A DNA stretch of 64,000 nt. Source: Raillietiella orientalis (Eukaryota). The notes under the pieces were generated by a model that did no database searches, was not told the origin of the DNA, and worked only from the letters and a program-made list of their open reading frames with translations. Position 1 is the first letter of the stretch. Every line of letters starts with the position of its first letter. Positions 1 to 12,687 of this stretch are shown piece after piece. Both the position numbers and the translations under genes were made by a program. The stretch covers positions 1,860,001 to 1,924,000 of the forward strand of contig JAYWIR010000020.1 in the NCBI GenBank assembly GCA_036172245.1, read 5' to 3'.

Positions 1-1344
1 GGTCCCTGAAAAACGAATCTGGGCAAAAAAGACTTCTTGTTCCACCTTGTTATACTCTGCTGTGGAGTGTGCTTGGACTTTCCGCACTTTCCTCGTGCAG
101 TGCATTGATCCTACAGGCAGCTTCTTCTAGCTTCCTCTACGGTCACCTCTACTGGATAATTGTTTTCCTCCGGAAGACCTCTTTCTCCCTTCCTCCTCCT
201 CCTCCCTCTCTTTCTTTTCTGTTTCCTCTCTCTTTCTCCTCCTCCTCCTCTTTGTTGGAGCCCCCTCGGAGCTCCAGAGTAGTGTACGCCCGTGCGGCGT
301 TCCGACAGCCGCGGCCACGACCGCCTGCGACATTTCCAGAGACCCTGGGTTCCCCCGCCTGTCCAATTTCTGTCCTGCTCTCTCTTCATGGTGTCTTGTT
401 GACGCCTCCTCCTCCTCCGGCGACCTCGATTCCACACCGGGATGTGGAACTTTTCCTTAGGCGCCACTCTTCCGGTCGCTCCTTCGGATCGCCGCGCGCG
501 CTCCACGCTCGCTCTCAGGAGTCTGCGAGCATCCGCCCACCTGACCACTGCCGGCCGCGGGGGCAGGTCTGAGCGGGAGGACTGTAGGGAGCGCGTCGGT
601 CGGTTCGCGGACGGATGCGAGTGCTGGCACCGGGGCTCACGGGACTGTGCGGTCGGGGCACTCCACCCCCAGTCTTGCGTGCACGTGCGAAGGTCTTCCT
701 CTGCTTCTTTCGCATCTCCTCCTCCTATCCTGGAAGCGTCTTCGGAGCGAGCGAGCGGGAAACGCTCTCCCCGCACCCTCTAGCTGCTCTCCCGCCTTCC
801 AGCCTCCGGTGCCGGCGATGCGACTCACTCAGAGTGGCTCTGGAAGAGCGCGAGTCTTCGACGTATCCTCGTCGCCCCCTCCTTCCTACCGGCGGGAGCC
901 TACGAGACCGGCCTGCGGACCTCTTCGGGCCTATGATCTGCCCATCCCCTTCCCGGAGCTGACCGGGGCAGTGCCTTCTGGGACTCCCACGCCCGCGGGC
1001 GGGTCGCCTTTCCGGGCTCCCTCAGGGGAGCGGTAGCGGGAAACGACCTTGACGAGGGCGCTCGAGGCGCCCCCTTGCAGGGTCAGCGGCGGGGCAAAGA
1101 GACGCAGAGGGTGCCTGAGGAGCAGTGCGCGCCACCGCCCGACCTTCCCGCTCAGGTTCTCAGGGCGTCGGGGCACCTCTGCCGACTGACGGATTCATGT
1201 AGACGGAGGGGTAGCTCCCCTCCCTGTTCTGCGTGGCTATCCCAGGACGTGCCGAAGGATCGAGGCGGGGTCAGGCAGAGCGACCGTGAAGCAGCGGGCG
1301 GCGGCGGCCCGCCTGACCGTGAAGCAGCCGTCCCGAAAGCGTTG

Positions 1345-1864
1345 GTCCGGCGGGTTCGCAACCAAGGCGAGCGTCCCGAGGGCGAGGACGCGCGTGCCGA
1401 GAAGTCTCGGAAAGGACGGGGAAGGTTGGGGGAGGGGGGGAGAAGGCGTCGTCTCTGCACTCGCCTTCGAGGCGCCGCCGCTGAAGGACGAAGCGGGCCA
1501 GCGGCGCCACCACCCCCTCCGCCACCGGCGGGGAGGGGAGGGGACGCAGCCTCCGTGGTGCCGCCTTTCCGCTCAGGAAGCTGCCGACCGCACCTGCGGC
1601 GGCGGCAGTGAAGGAGGAGGGGGTAGGTCAGCAGCGCGGGCAGCGCAGAGCCGTTTCGCCGGGCGCCCTTCCGGGAAGCGGGCGACGGGCCCGCCGCCGT
1701 CGGTCCGAGGGAACCTGCGCGGCCGCGTGGACCTCCAGAGAGGGAGGGAGAAGAAGAGTTGCGCCGGCTATTCGCAGCTGCTGCTGCCCGGGTGCTCCGC
1801 CCTCCCCGTTCTCCGACCCTACCCGCGAACGCCGCCACCCCGTTTTCTGGCAACGTCTCTCGGG
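1345..1864. repeat. Left arm of a ~500-bp inverted repeat
   Basis: gtccggcgggttcgcaaccaaggc...ccctacccgcgaacgccgccaccc is the reverse complement of 3891-4406 at roughly 90% identity by manual alignment. The ORF track shows near-identical peptides on opposite strands (1152..1853- vs 3920..4615+). Confidence 0.92.
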
Positions 1865-2235
1865 AGGAGAGAGGCCACCTTAGCGGCTGTCGCGTGCTTC
1901 CGGCCGGCGGCGCGCCGATCCAGGTCTTCCGCTCTCTTCCGGGAACGCCCGCTGGATCACGACCGAGAGGACGCTCTAGCGGACGGCTGCGCGCGCGCGC
2001 TCTTCCGGAAGGAGCGTCCCCACCTCCTAAGGGTTGATCCCGCCTGGATCATTCTCAAAAGCTTCGCCCCCCCCCCGCTTCTCCGGGAGCGGCAGTGGTG
2101 ACGTCAGGAAGGAGAGCGCGCGTGCGCGGGAGTTCGCGAATGCCAGAAGGGGGGAATGTCGGGGAGAGGCCGGAGCGGAGCGCGCGCGCGGGCTATGCTC
2201 TCGCTATCTCCGGGGAGATCGCCCGGCGGCCTTCA

Positions 2236-2307
2236 TGCCAGACGGCGGTCGCTCGGCGCGACAGATAGCCGGCGTTATCTGTCGCGCCGGGCGACCGCCG
2301 TCTGGCA
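2236..2307 (+). other. 34-bp stem-loop (32 Watson-Crick + 2 G.U pairs on the plus strand, 4-nt loop)
   Basis: tgccagacggcggtcgctcggcgcgacagatagc-cggc-gttatctgtcgcgccgggcgaccgccgtctggca. Confidence 0.9.
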
Positions 2308-3890
2308 AGTGGCGCTCCGCGGCGGCGGAGGGAGTCGGCGGGTCGCCGTCGCGGCGCAATCGACCGGAGCGCGCCTGCGTGCGCCATCACGTGGGCGCGC
2401 CTGCGCGGGGGAGTGAAAGGAGGAGGAACAGTCGTTGACCACGGGGCTTCCCGTGTGCCCCCTTCCCTCCTGTCCACGCAAACGACGACGCGTGGCCCTT
2501 GTCTGGTAGCCCAGAGGGTTTCCCAGTCGACCGGGGACCCCCATGCAGGGTTTCGGGGCAGCTCGTTGGGCAGGGGAGGGAAAGACCACAGAGCCTCCGC
2601 CTTTTTCTCCCCGCTCTGGGAACCCAGCCCGCGGCAGCCTCCCTTGGGCGACGCCCTCTACCCCAGCGCCCTGTTGGCCGCCCCCATCGAAGTCTCTCCT
2701 CTCTCTCGACCGCAGACAAGGGCGAAGAAGCCGCCTCGATGCACACCCTGACATATCCTGGGAGATGAGAGCCCTTCTTTCCATTAGAGGAGATCCCCTC
2801 CCCTTCCACCCCGTCCCGTCCCATCCTCAGTGGGAATCGGTAGATGCGCGCGTCGCCCCGACGGGCCGTGCCGGCAGCGGGAGAGAGGCTGGGGAAGGCA
2901 AAAGGCGCGGATCCCTGCAAAGGGGGTTCTCCTCATGTGGGGGGCGCCTCTGCCCAGTGCCACAAGATGAAAGGAGACGGCAGAGGGAGGGCACCTCGTG
3001 TGCGTTCGCACCCCACCCGGAGTCGTCGACCATGCCGTCCCGAAGGCGGGAAAAGCTGGCCATCACCCTGGGCAACTGACCGCCCCTTTGCGAGTGAGAT
3101 GTACCCTCCGCTCCAGGTGCCTCTCCCTCCTCTTCCGATCCCTTGTGGCTTCCGGTGAGGAGGGGCTTCGTAGGGGTCCTCAGGGAAGACATTTCCGCGG
3201 AGACCGTTCCGTCCGCGCGCTGGGGCGTGGACGCTCCGGAGGAGGAAAAAGGGGAGACTCTCGGGTGGTCCTGACGCCCCCCAACTTCTCCTAGAGTTCT
3301 TCTTCTCCTCCCCTTCTGTTCTTCCCTCGCCGAGGACACGGCTGCGGTCCGGCGTGCATCGCGCGCGCTGACGTCACCTCCGCCTGCTGACGCCACACGT
3401 GCACTCCCTCGGCGCGATGACGCTCCGCATGGATCGATCGGGACCAGCAGGGACGCGGGTACACCGGAGGCTGGAGATCCCGGAGAGGCGCGGCGCCGGC
3501 GGGAGAGGCGGCGGCTCTCCCGAGGCACAGGGAGGCTGCGACTCCTGCAGCAGCTGCGCGCCTGCACCCGCGCGTGCCGGGAGGAGGGGTCGCGCGCTCG
3601 ACCACCGCGCTGGAGCTCCGGTCGCTACTCGGCGCTAGGGAGGAAGCGGCCCCTCTCCTCACTCTCTTTTCCGCCGGCTCCTCTGCGCCTGCATCAGGAC
3701 GTCTCCATGGCTACCCGAGGTCTCCCCCCGGCGCTCGGGAGCTCGCAGTGCTGGCTCCATTTTCCGCCGCTTCCACGTCTCGCAGAGGCTCCCCAGGAAA
3801 CGACCACCTTCTCCTCCAGGGACCGGTGATCTTTCTGGCAAGAGACGCGCCGGGAGGCTTGGAGGCAACCGACACGCTCCCGGCTCTCAC

Positions 3891-4406
3891 CCCGGGAGGA
3901 GGCGTCGCCGGGGAACAGGGTGGCGGCGTCCGCGGGTAGGGTCGGAGAACGGGGAGGGCGGAGCACCCGGGCGGCAGCAGCTGCGAATTGCCGGCGCACC
4001 TCTTCTTCCCCCTCCCTCTCTGGAGGTCCACGCGGCCGCGCGGGTTCCCTCGGGCCGACGGCGGCGGGCCCGTCGCCCGCTTCCCGGAAGGGCGCCCGGC
4101 GGAACGACTCTGCGCTGCCCGCGCTGCTGACCTCCCCCCTCCTCCTCCACTGCCGCCGCCGCAGGTGCGGTCGGCAGCTTCCTGAGCGGAAAGTCGGCAC
4201 CACGGAGGCTGCGTCTCCTCCCCTCCCCGCGGGTGGCGGAGGGGGTGGTGGCGCCGCTGCCCCGCTCCGTCCTTCGGCGGCGGCGCCTCGAGGGCGAGCG
4301 CAGAGACGCCTCACCCCCCTCCCAACCTTCCCCGTCATTTCCGAGACTTCTCGGCGCGCGCGTCCTCGCCCTCGAGACGGTTGCCTTGGTTGCGACCCCG
4401 CCGGAC
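3891..4406. repeat. Right arm of a ~500-bp inverted repeat
   Basis: Reverse complement of 1345-1864; ends ...ttggttgcgaccccgccggac at 4406. Confidence 0.92.
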
Positions 4407-7400
4407 TGCCTGCTGTCTTCGTCTCTTCCAGCCCTCGACGATCCCTCCGGGTTCTCGGGCTCCTCCGGGAAACGCGGGCGTCCTCCCGTCTCGTCCCCAC
4501 CGATCCCTCCCTCATCTGCGGAATTGAGGGAGGGGGAAAGGGGGGTACAAACTACCTGTCCCGGCGTGTGCGCTCTCGGTGCGTGCTGCCGAGGGACGAC
4601 TCCTGCGGTCAGTGAACGGGAGCCCATTCGTCCCCATGGATCCCGTGGGAATCCTGCCTTGTCCCGAGCACCGGAACGGATCCTTCCTCCTGTCCCGATT
4701 CTCGAGACCCGTGCAAGCATGGGTCCTGGACCGCGGCTGCTGCCTGGGGCTCCGTCCGGCGGGCAGGCATCCTCGAGGCTGCCCCATCGCTTCTTCCGCC
4801 GCCGCCAGAGGGGAATTTCTAGGCCGAGCACCATGAGGGCTCCCCTGGGGGAGGGGGAAAAGTAGGGTAAGGGGGGAGCAAAAATCCAGGATTTTCCTCC
4901 TCCCCATTCCCTGTTCCTCCCAAAAGGAAGCGGCAGCTCCCGCTGTCCCGAGGAGGTCCTTCCGAACCGGAAGGAGCAAATGGGAGCACGGAAGGAGGAG
5001 GTGAGGACCTTCCGGAAGGGCTGCTGTAGGCGGCCGAGGCTCCTGTAGTCATGGAGACGGAGGTCAGGCGTAGCTCCGCGTGCAACTCGGGAAAGACCCT
5101 CCTTTGCAGCCGCGAGGGAAGGAAACCGGGATCGCTGCATCCCTCGAGCCAGGCATTCCCTCCTTCTCCTGGGGAAGGGGGGTCTCTCCTCTCGTGGATC
5201 GCGCGCGCTCCCTGATGGCCGCTGCCGGCACCCGATCAAAGCCCGACATGGGATCAGACGCGTGTCCCGGATCCGGGAGCGGCCTCTCCCTTCCTCCTTC
5301 GATTCCCTTCTCCCTTCGCGTGCTCTCTCACTCTCTTTTGGGACAGGGGCAGGAGCGGTGGGCTGATCTGGGGCTCTCAGCACCATTCCGCAGCTTCCCC
5401 CAGCCGCGCCGAGCGGTGGGTTCTTCGAGCAGCTTCCCGCCTCCCGGACTGGGAGGACGCTCCTCCCCGCCAGTCTGCTCGGCACCGGCTTGTGACGTCA
5501 TGCAGGTTCCGAGCCGCCTCTCCCACACGCGCTGCTCCCATCCAGGCGGAACGCGGCGCGTTACTGGCCGCCTCTCGCGGGAGTGCGTTGGCGGCGGAAA
5601 GGAGAAAAAAGCAAAAGGGAAGGCGAAGGAGGAGGATGGGGGGGGGGGAATGGGCGGTCTGCACACGGTCCCTGCGTCCTGGCCCGGAGAGCTATCGGGA
5701 ACGGCGGCGGGAGTATCACCCTACTCTGCCTCTCTTCCTCAGCCTCACGGGCTATGACCCCTCGGAGGGAAGTCGCGATTGAGAGCGGCGGCCTGCAGCG
5801 GGGAGAGCTCCCGGGTATTGCCTGCTCCAGTGCCCTCTGGTCGTTGCTCATAACCCTCGCGCCAGCAGACACTAGACATCTCCTAGCATTCCTCATTTTG
5901 ACTCTGCAGCATCCGTCGGCGGTGCAGCTCTCATTGCTGCCTCGTCTCGCGGGGACACTGCGGTCCGCACTGTTGTTGCCTCGTGGCGAGGTGGCCGTCA
6001 GAAGTGTAGGCATCTGTTCTCTCCTCGCCGCTTGAGTCCTGCCTCAAGCTGCTCTGTGAGAAAGAGGAATCCTGGTTGTGCCGGCGGGAGAGCGCACCCG
6101 TCCGTGCACGGCGAACTCCAAGAGCTCTTCCCACGACCTCCATTCGTCGGGGAGGATCCGACGATGACTGCAGCAGCGGATGATCCGTGGAAGGATTCAG
6201 TCTGATTGCATCCCAGGGGGCCTCGACATGGAGCGGAAGCTGCAGCGAGTGGCTCCCAGCGGTGACCGTGGCAGCAGCTCAGATCCGGCGGTCTCGGCTT
6301 TGGAGGAAGAGGGAAAAGTTTCCTGAAATGACCGCCCCCACTCTTCTTCCCAGGTGGAGATTCGGGGAATAAGGCCGCATGAGAGTGGAAGGGAGGCCTT
6401 CGACTCTCATGTGGAACACCAAGAGGCGCTTCCCGTACTTCTTTGTGGCACCTGGGGACTTGCGGCCCCAACCCTACGGACTTGCAAAAAAGTAGGCGGG
6501 AAACGCGAAGGTGCACCTCGGGGTCGAAGCTCAGCTTCGATCGGGGAGAGAGAGAGCCGAGGCAGACGTCCGGCCGAGGTTCGAGGCGCAGTTATATCTG
6601 CAGCAAGGCTTTCCCGTTGCCTGGAAACGGCTGCCTGGGGACGAAAAAAGGGGACGAAAGAAGACCTCGTCTTGGGCAACTGGCGGGGTATGGAGATGTG
6701 GCAGTTCGTCTGTCGGAGGTGCTTTGCATGGCAGCCGAATCATAGAGTCGGCACGCGCCTCGGCTCCGGGAAGGCGGGAAAGAGAGGGGAACGGACATTT
6801 CCTCTTGGTGCGCCTGAATTGCCCCCAAATCGACCGTATCCGCACGAACCGGGGAGGAAGGCGCGATCGAAAGGGACCACCCCCCATGCAGCGCAGTCTG
6901 CCTGTTCCCCGTGGCGTTCAGGCACAGCGGTTCCTGCACTCGTGTCCACAGAAGACACCTGGAGCTTCCTATGGCTCGCGCAGATGTGTTGTTCTTCGAG
7001 AGCATCCCACGTGCATGCCTGTGCCCTCCACGTAGCGCCGTTCCCCTTCCACAAAGGAAATTCCTTCGCTTCGTGTGCTCGGGGAACGACGGGTGATTCC
7101 AGACCATATAAAATCACAGGCAGCTCTCCTGGAAGGGGTGCTGTAGTCACTCCGTTGTGCTGCACGTTTCTGGAAAAGCATCTTCCTGGGTTTTCTTTTC
7201 TTTCTTTCTTCGTTGGGTGGGGTGGCGGGAAGCAGAAAAAAGAAAACCTCGCGCGATTTGTTGGTGCTTCTTTTGCTCATCTTCTCCTTCTTTCCGAGCT
7301 GCTCGTCCCCGCGACCAAGCGGACACCCATGACCCGCTGTGACGCCGCCTCCGAAGGTCGACCCGTGGAACCTCCAAGCCAGTCGTAGGGCGGCAGCGGG

Positions 7401-8820
7401 GGAGCGTCGTCATCCGGAAGTGGACGGCGTCCGAGGCAGGGAGTGGATGATATACCTAGAGCACGGTGCCAAGATCGCTTGACATCGCTGCATAGGCGGT
7501 GCCCGCCGGTCCGAAAGGGGTGGGTGAGGGTCAGTTTTCCCGTCCCCGCCGCTACCTTTCGGAGTTCCCTCCTCCCCGTTGGCGCCACGACGTCCCGGGG
7601 AATGAGCCAGGTGAGGTGCGCGCGCGCTCGCACGTCCTCCCAGAGCGCTGGGATGGGAGAGGAAAGTTCGAGAGAAAACGGCCCCGGGCGGCAAGCGAAT
7701 TCCTTCCGCAGGGAGCTTTTTGTGGCGCCGGGGCGCAAGAAGGCGTGCACTGCCGCATCGACGTCGGCTCGAATCCTGGAGGCGTTTCCTAGCAGCTCTC
7801 GGAAAACACGCGACTGTAGCGATTTCCTCCCCACTCCCCCTCCTCCTTGTCTTGTCTCCTATGCCTAGCAGGCACGCAGCTCCAGGTTGGCTCGCCTCGC
7901 GGAGAGGCTTTTCGGCGTTTTCGAATCGCGGACACGGACCGCCGCCTGTCTGCGTCCCTTCTCGACGGCGCCATCTCCTCTGCCGCCTTCGGAACGCAGA
8001 TCTCCAGCATCTCGACGTTCGCCTCCTCCGCTTCGCGCAACAACTCCCTGCTCCCCAGCCGGACGTCGCTCGGCTCGCGTGCAAATCCCGGAGGATCGAG
8101 GGCTTCCCACCCCAATCCCAGGGATGGAACCGCCTTTTCCTCCGTTGAACTCCTAAAACGCGTCGGTCGCCTCCTCCCGCGCGCGAAGGGGGAGACCCCC
8201 GGCTCCCGGAGAGCTGGAAGTGCGTTCCTCCTCAACTCTTCCGCCTCCTTCCGCGGAGAGAGAGCCCTCCCCTTGTGATAGCCTTGTGCACGGGCAATAT
8301 CGCAGCCGAGGACGCTTGCGGAGGCGCGATTAGAGCCTTCCTCCTCCGTGGCGGCCCGAGTCCCAAGGTCGCCTTCCCTGCAGACAATGCGGGGGGTGAT
8401 CGGCTCTTCAGCTGTCGAGCCGTGCAGCGCCGCAGCAGACACGAGAGTGTCCGGATCGCCGGGCGTCTGCGGCGCGCGGGACGCTCCGCCAGCCCGGCTC
8501 TCAGCGGCGGCGGCGGCACCACGATAGGGTGCGCACGCGCGTGCGCGCGGCACGCGGGTGCCACAGCGACGGCACACCTCGCCCGCCCCGTCGGTGCTGC
8601 TCCCGTGGGGCTCGCCGCTAGCCGCCACGGGGCACCTCTGCCTCTGGGCGCGGGACCGAAGGCGCACATCATCCATCACCTTTATTGCACGAGCACACGT
8701 ACTTCCCGAGAGGTGCGAACGAGGAAGGAGAGCGCGCGCGCGTGAGAGGGAGGGGGGGGGGGGGAAAGGAGCAGGAGGAAAGCTCCAGGTTTGTGCGCTT
8801 TTGCGCGCCGCGCGTCTCCT

Positions 8821-8976
8821 TAATTGCTGGATTAAACTGGATTAATGATTCGCCGACGCCCTGGGCGTACAGATGTGGGTAAATATTTATCACATTCTTT
8901 TCTTCTTGGCTCGACTTGTGCTGGCGTGTGTGATTTCGCTTCGCGGGTGTCGCTTTCGTTTTCCCGTCTGACGTCA
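8821..8976. promoter_or_regulatory. Candidate enhancer: AT-rich island with homeodomain, E-box, Fox, GATA and CRE motifs
   Basis: TAATTG 8821; CTGGATTAA twice at 8827 and 8837; CAGATG 8870; GTAAATATTTAT 8879-8890; TTATCA 8887; TGACGTCA 8969, all within otherwise very GC-rich DNA. Confidence 0.45.
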
Positions 8977-11900
8977 GGGAGGCTGAAGCCTGTCTGCGGG
9001 GCGGCAGACGGCTCGAGCGCGCCTGCGCGTCGCCGGCAGCGCGCGCGCGCTCGCGCTCCGCTTGCTGGCGGGGTTCTCGGCGATGCGGCGGGAAGTCGGG
9101 CGCGCGGGAAGTGTTGTGCGCACGTATGCGCGTGGGTGCCTCCCTCCCTGGAGCGTAGGAAGGGGTCCCGCTCCCTCCCCGCGGCCCTTCCGGTGCGACG
9201 AGATGGGGACCCCGGCGGCGAGCCGCGCGACGCGGACGTTTCGGCCCCCGCCGAGCTACGCGTCGCAGCCTCCTCTGTCTCCCTCGTCGCCCGACGTGCG
9301 AAATCTCGTGATCGGGGACGCGCGCGGCGGCGGCTGCGGCTGCGCCCGCGTTCTCCTCCACCAGCTTCCCCCCCGAGGTCGGAGAGCCTGGACCGCAGCA
9401 CGTTTCCTGGCAGGGGAGCGGGCCGTTTCCATGCAAATCGGCTCGCCGCGATCCCGCGGAGTCGCGGTGGACTCACGGGACCTCGGAGCTTACCGGCGGA
9501 CTTGGTCCGAGCGGTACCCCCTCCGGAAGCCCGCCTCCTGGTTGCGCCCTCCCCCCTCCTCCCTCGTGCAGCCCGGGAGAGCCACCTGCGGGCGTGCCAT
9601 CTGACGGCCGACGCGCCCCCCGAGAGGGGGAGGGGGGGATACCGAGGTGCCGCTGAGAATTCGCTTCGATCCGCGCGGCACTCGCGGCCTTGGGAGAGGC
9701 GGCGACCCGGAGCGATTCGTCTGGCGGGGCTGCTGCCGCGCCGAGCGACCATCTGGTTGCTCCGGGGGGCGGCGGCGTTGTCTGAAGGGGAACCCAGGCT
9801 TCCCTCTGAACCGGTTCGCTCCCACGCGCGTGGCCTCCTCGCAACCGGAAGTAGCTGCTCGCGGAGGATGCGGAAACGCGACGGCCTCCCCCACCCCCGT
9901 CCATGCCGCTGCGCTTTTTCTCCTCTCCCGCAGGTCCCTGGCAAGCCGCTCGCGTGATGATGACGCCGCCGCCGCCGCCGCCGCTGTGGAACTGCTTCCG
10001 CCGGACGGGCGCCACCGGTCGCTCCCTCGCCCGCCGCCGCTGGTGTTCCTCCCTGCGTTCCGGTTTCGCCTCCCCCCCCCTCTCGCGCGCGCTTTTCTCC
10101 GTGAGTGGTACGGCCCGTTCTTCGCGGATGATGGCTGCAAGACAAGTCCGCCAGGCATTCTTGGCAACCGGCGTCTCGACGTCCGCACGAGGCGGCGGCA
10201 CCGCAGCAGCGGCAGGAAGAAGCGGAGGGGGGGGGGGGAGAGAAAAGAAAAGCGGAGAGCGCGAGAAGAGCGAATGAAGAACGGAAGAGCCAGGGACCGG
10301 CGCTCGGCTTTCTGGTGCTCCTGCAGCCTCTTCCAGAATCCATTAGTCAGCGAAATGAAAGATCAATGAAGGATCCAGTGAACGGGACGCGGGGCATCCA
10401 GCGCCTTCCTCACTCCAGCCAGACTCGTTCCCTCCCCCCGCGCTTGGTCAAAAATCCCCAAGAGCCCCCTCTCGAAGAAGCGCGCGGAAGTCTTCCCGAT
10501 TGCTCCGCACTGGGAAGAACATCCCGGGTCCCCCGCGCGCGGCCCTGGCCAGACGAGCGCAGGCGGAGTGCGGACGATCAGGAGAGGCAGGGGAAAAAGG
10601 GCCGCTCCCGGCGGTTCCAGCCGTCATGCCTGCGCATTCACTTGGCCCCTTCCTCGTCCAATCACATCCTCCGCTGGTGCCTGGACCGAAAGACGGAGCT
10701 CCGCGGCGCGGCCCCATCTGCCTCATCCCTGCCTGTCCGGGAGGGACTGGTGAGGCGGCTCGGATCCATCCACGGGATCCCACAGGGCGCCCCTTTGGGG
10801 CATGCGCGCCATGAGCGCCGCGGAAGAGCACGCCGCGGGGTGGCAGAGAGGGGAGGAAGGGGGGTAAAGGTCACCGGAAGTGGCGAGTTCACAAGCCCGG
10901 GCTCTCTCCTCCTGCTGCTCGTTCCTCGAGCCGGTCGGGTTTGCGGGAGGCGCCGGCGTGATCCCTGCGCCCGTGGGCGGTCTCCCGGCTGCTCCGCCCG
11001 CCTGGCGGTGCGCTCTCGTCCTCTCTGCGTCTGCTCGCCTCCGTCTGGGCGTGCTGCCGCCACGTGGCGGTCCGCGTTCCCGATGGCTCCCGATCGCAGA
11101 TACTGTCAGAGGCGCGTAGGCGCTCCGGGGAGAAGACTGCAGGATTTACCTGTGTGCGTGGGAGGGGGGGCACGGCGGGCCGGACACCCCAGGGCTTCGC
11201 CGGCTGCGTCACGGCTGAGAAGTGGGTGGGAAGGGTGCACGTGCCCGTCGCCTCCGGGGAGAGTCCACGAGGGGCAGCTCCGGATCCTCTCCCCCGCTCC
11301 GCGAGCGGCTCTCCCGACGCTCTCCTGGAGGGGCATCGCCGACCTCTGGAGCGCCTTTCAAGATGGCAGCGCAGCGACTTCGCCTCGGAAGCGCCGCCGT
11401 GGCAACGCCGGACGGTCCGTGAAGGAGGCGACGGCGCCTCGGGCGTTGCGGAGGAATGGCCGGGAGCGATGGGATGCGCCCGGACGCCGCGTGCTCTCCT
11501 GCCGCTCGGACCCTCCGACCGAGTTGCCCCGGATCACCTTCGCGCACCGAACGGGCGCATGCGCGTCCCGGGAAGGGCGGAGAGGGTCGTCCTGGGAGGA
11601 GGGCCGGTGGAGGCGGGCAGGGAACGGCGAATTGGGGAGGAAGCGTCCCTCCCCTTCGGCACAAGGTGGCCCAGACTCGCCGACCACCGAGAGAGGGGAG
11701 GGGAGGGAGGCGACCCATTTTCCCCCCTCGTCCCCGGAGAAGGGCAGGGTGACGGTGCACAGGAGGACGGGACGTCCTCTCCCCCAGGTTCCTCCCAGGC
11801 GACGGGTCATCTCATGCGCGACGGCCCTCTGCCTGCTTCCGCAGGCGGTCCTACCCGCCGCTTCTTGCGGAACCCTCGGGTCATCCCGCCCCGAAACTGG

Positions 11901-12570
11901 TAGCTGCTGTCGACCCACTGCTTCAGGGAAGCGCTGCAGAGGGTCCAGGTCTCGACGGGGGCGACGCCTTCCCTCTCCATTCCCTGGGGAGGCGACCCCA
12001 GGCGCAAGGTGCACCCCTGAGTGCCCTAGGAAGCCGGTCGGTGACTCCTGGAGAGGGGAAGTGGGGTCACCTTAGGGTGCTGCGCCTCCTCCTCGGAACC
12101 TGGAAGTGGGGGGAGGGACCCACCCTTCCGCCAGAGAGACTGGAAGCGCTCCAGCAGGAGGGGGAGGAATGGGGCTAGCTGCCTCCTCCTCTCTCTCTCA
12201 TAGGAATGGGGACGCGCGCGCGGAGAAGAGGAGGACTGCGTGCCGCGGCGGCCATGCGTGGGCGACCCTCCCGGAAGCAGAGGCAAGTGGGAGGGGGAGC
12301 GGCGGCTGCGGCAGTGACGTCACGTCCGTCCGCTCGGATGCGGCGGCCGCGGTGAGGGGGAGGCGATTCCTCCCCTTCCCTTTCGGGCCGTGAGCGTCGT
12401 CGCCCCTCGCCTTAAGGGCGAAGGGGGAAGGGGAGGTGGCAACGCGTCTCCCCCCCCCTTGCCCTCTCTCTTTTTCTCTTTGGTAGAAGGGGGGAAGTGG
12501 GGGCAGACCAAGCTCTCACACCGTTGCTCTGCTCCCCGCGTCTCCCGGGCAACCAGGAACGAACGTGGCA

Positions 12571-12687
12571 GCGGCGGCGGCGGCGGCGGCGGCGGCGGGT
12601 GGAGAGCAATTTTCCCGCAGACGTCTAGACGGTCGAGGAGACGGTGTTGCCGGGACGACGATCCGCCGCCGCCGCCGCCGCCGCCGC
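12571..12687. repeat. (GCG)9 and complementary (CCG)8 trinucleotide tracts
   Basis: (GCG)9 at 12571-12597 and (CCG)8 at 12663-12686. Confidence 0.9.

Noticed and set aside
7105..7150. TATAAAA box with a possible initiator
   Set aside because: A single short motif with imperfect spacing and no downstream gene evidence.
10100..10343. Signal-peptide-like, Cys-rich start of minus-strand ORF MDSGRGC...FALLALSAFLF
   Set aside because: The hydrophobic stretch derives from a low-complexity pyrimidine tract; no convincing donor site or family match.
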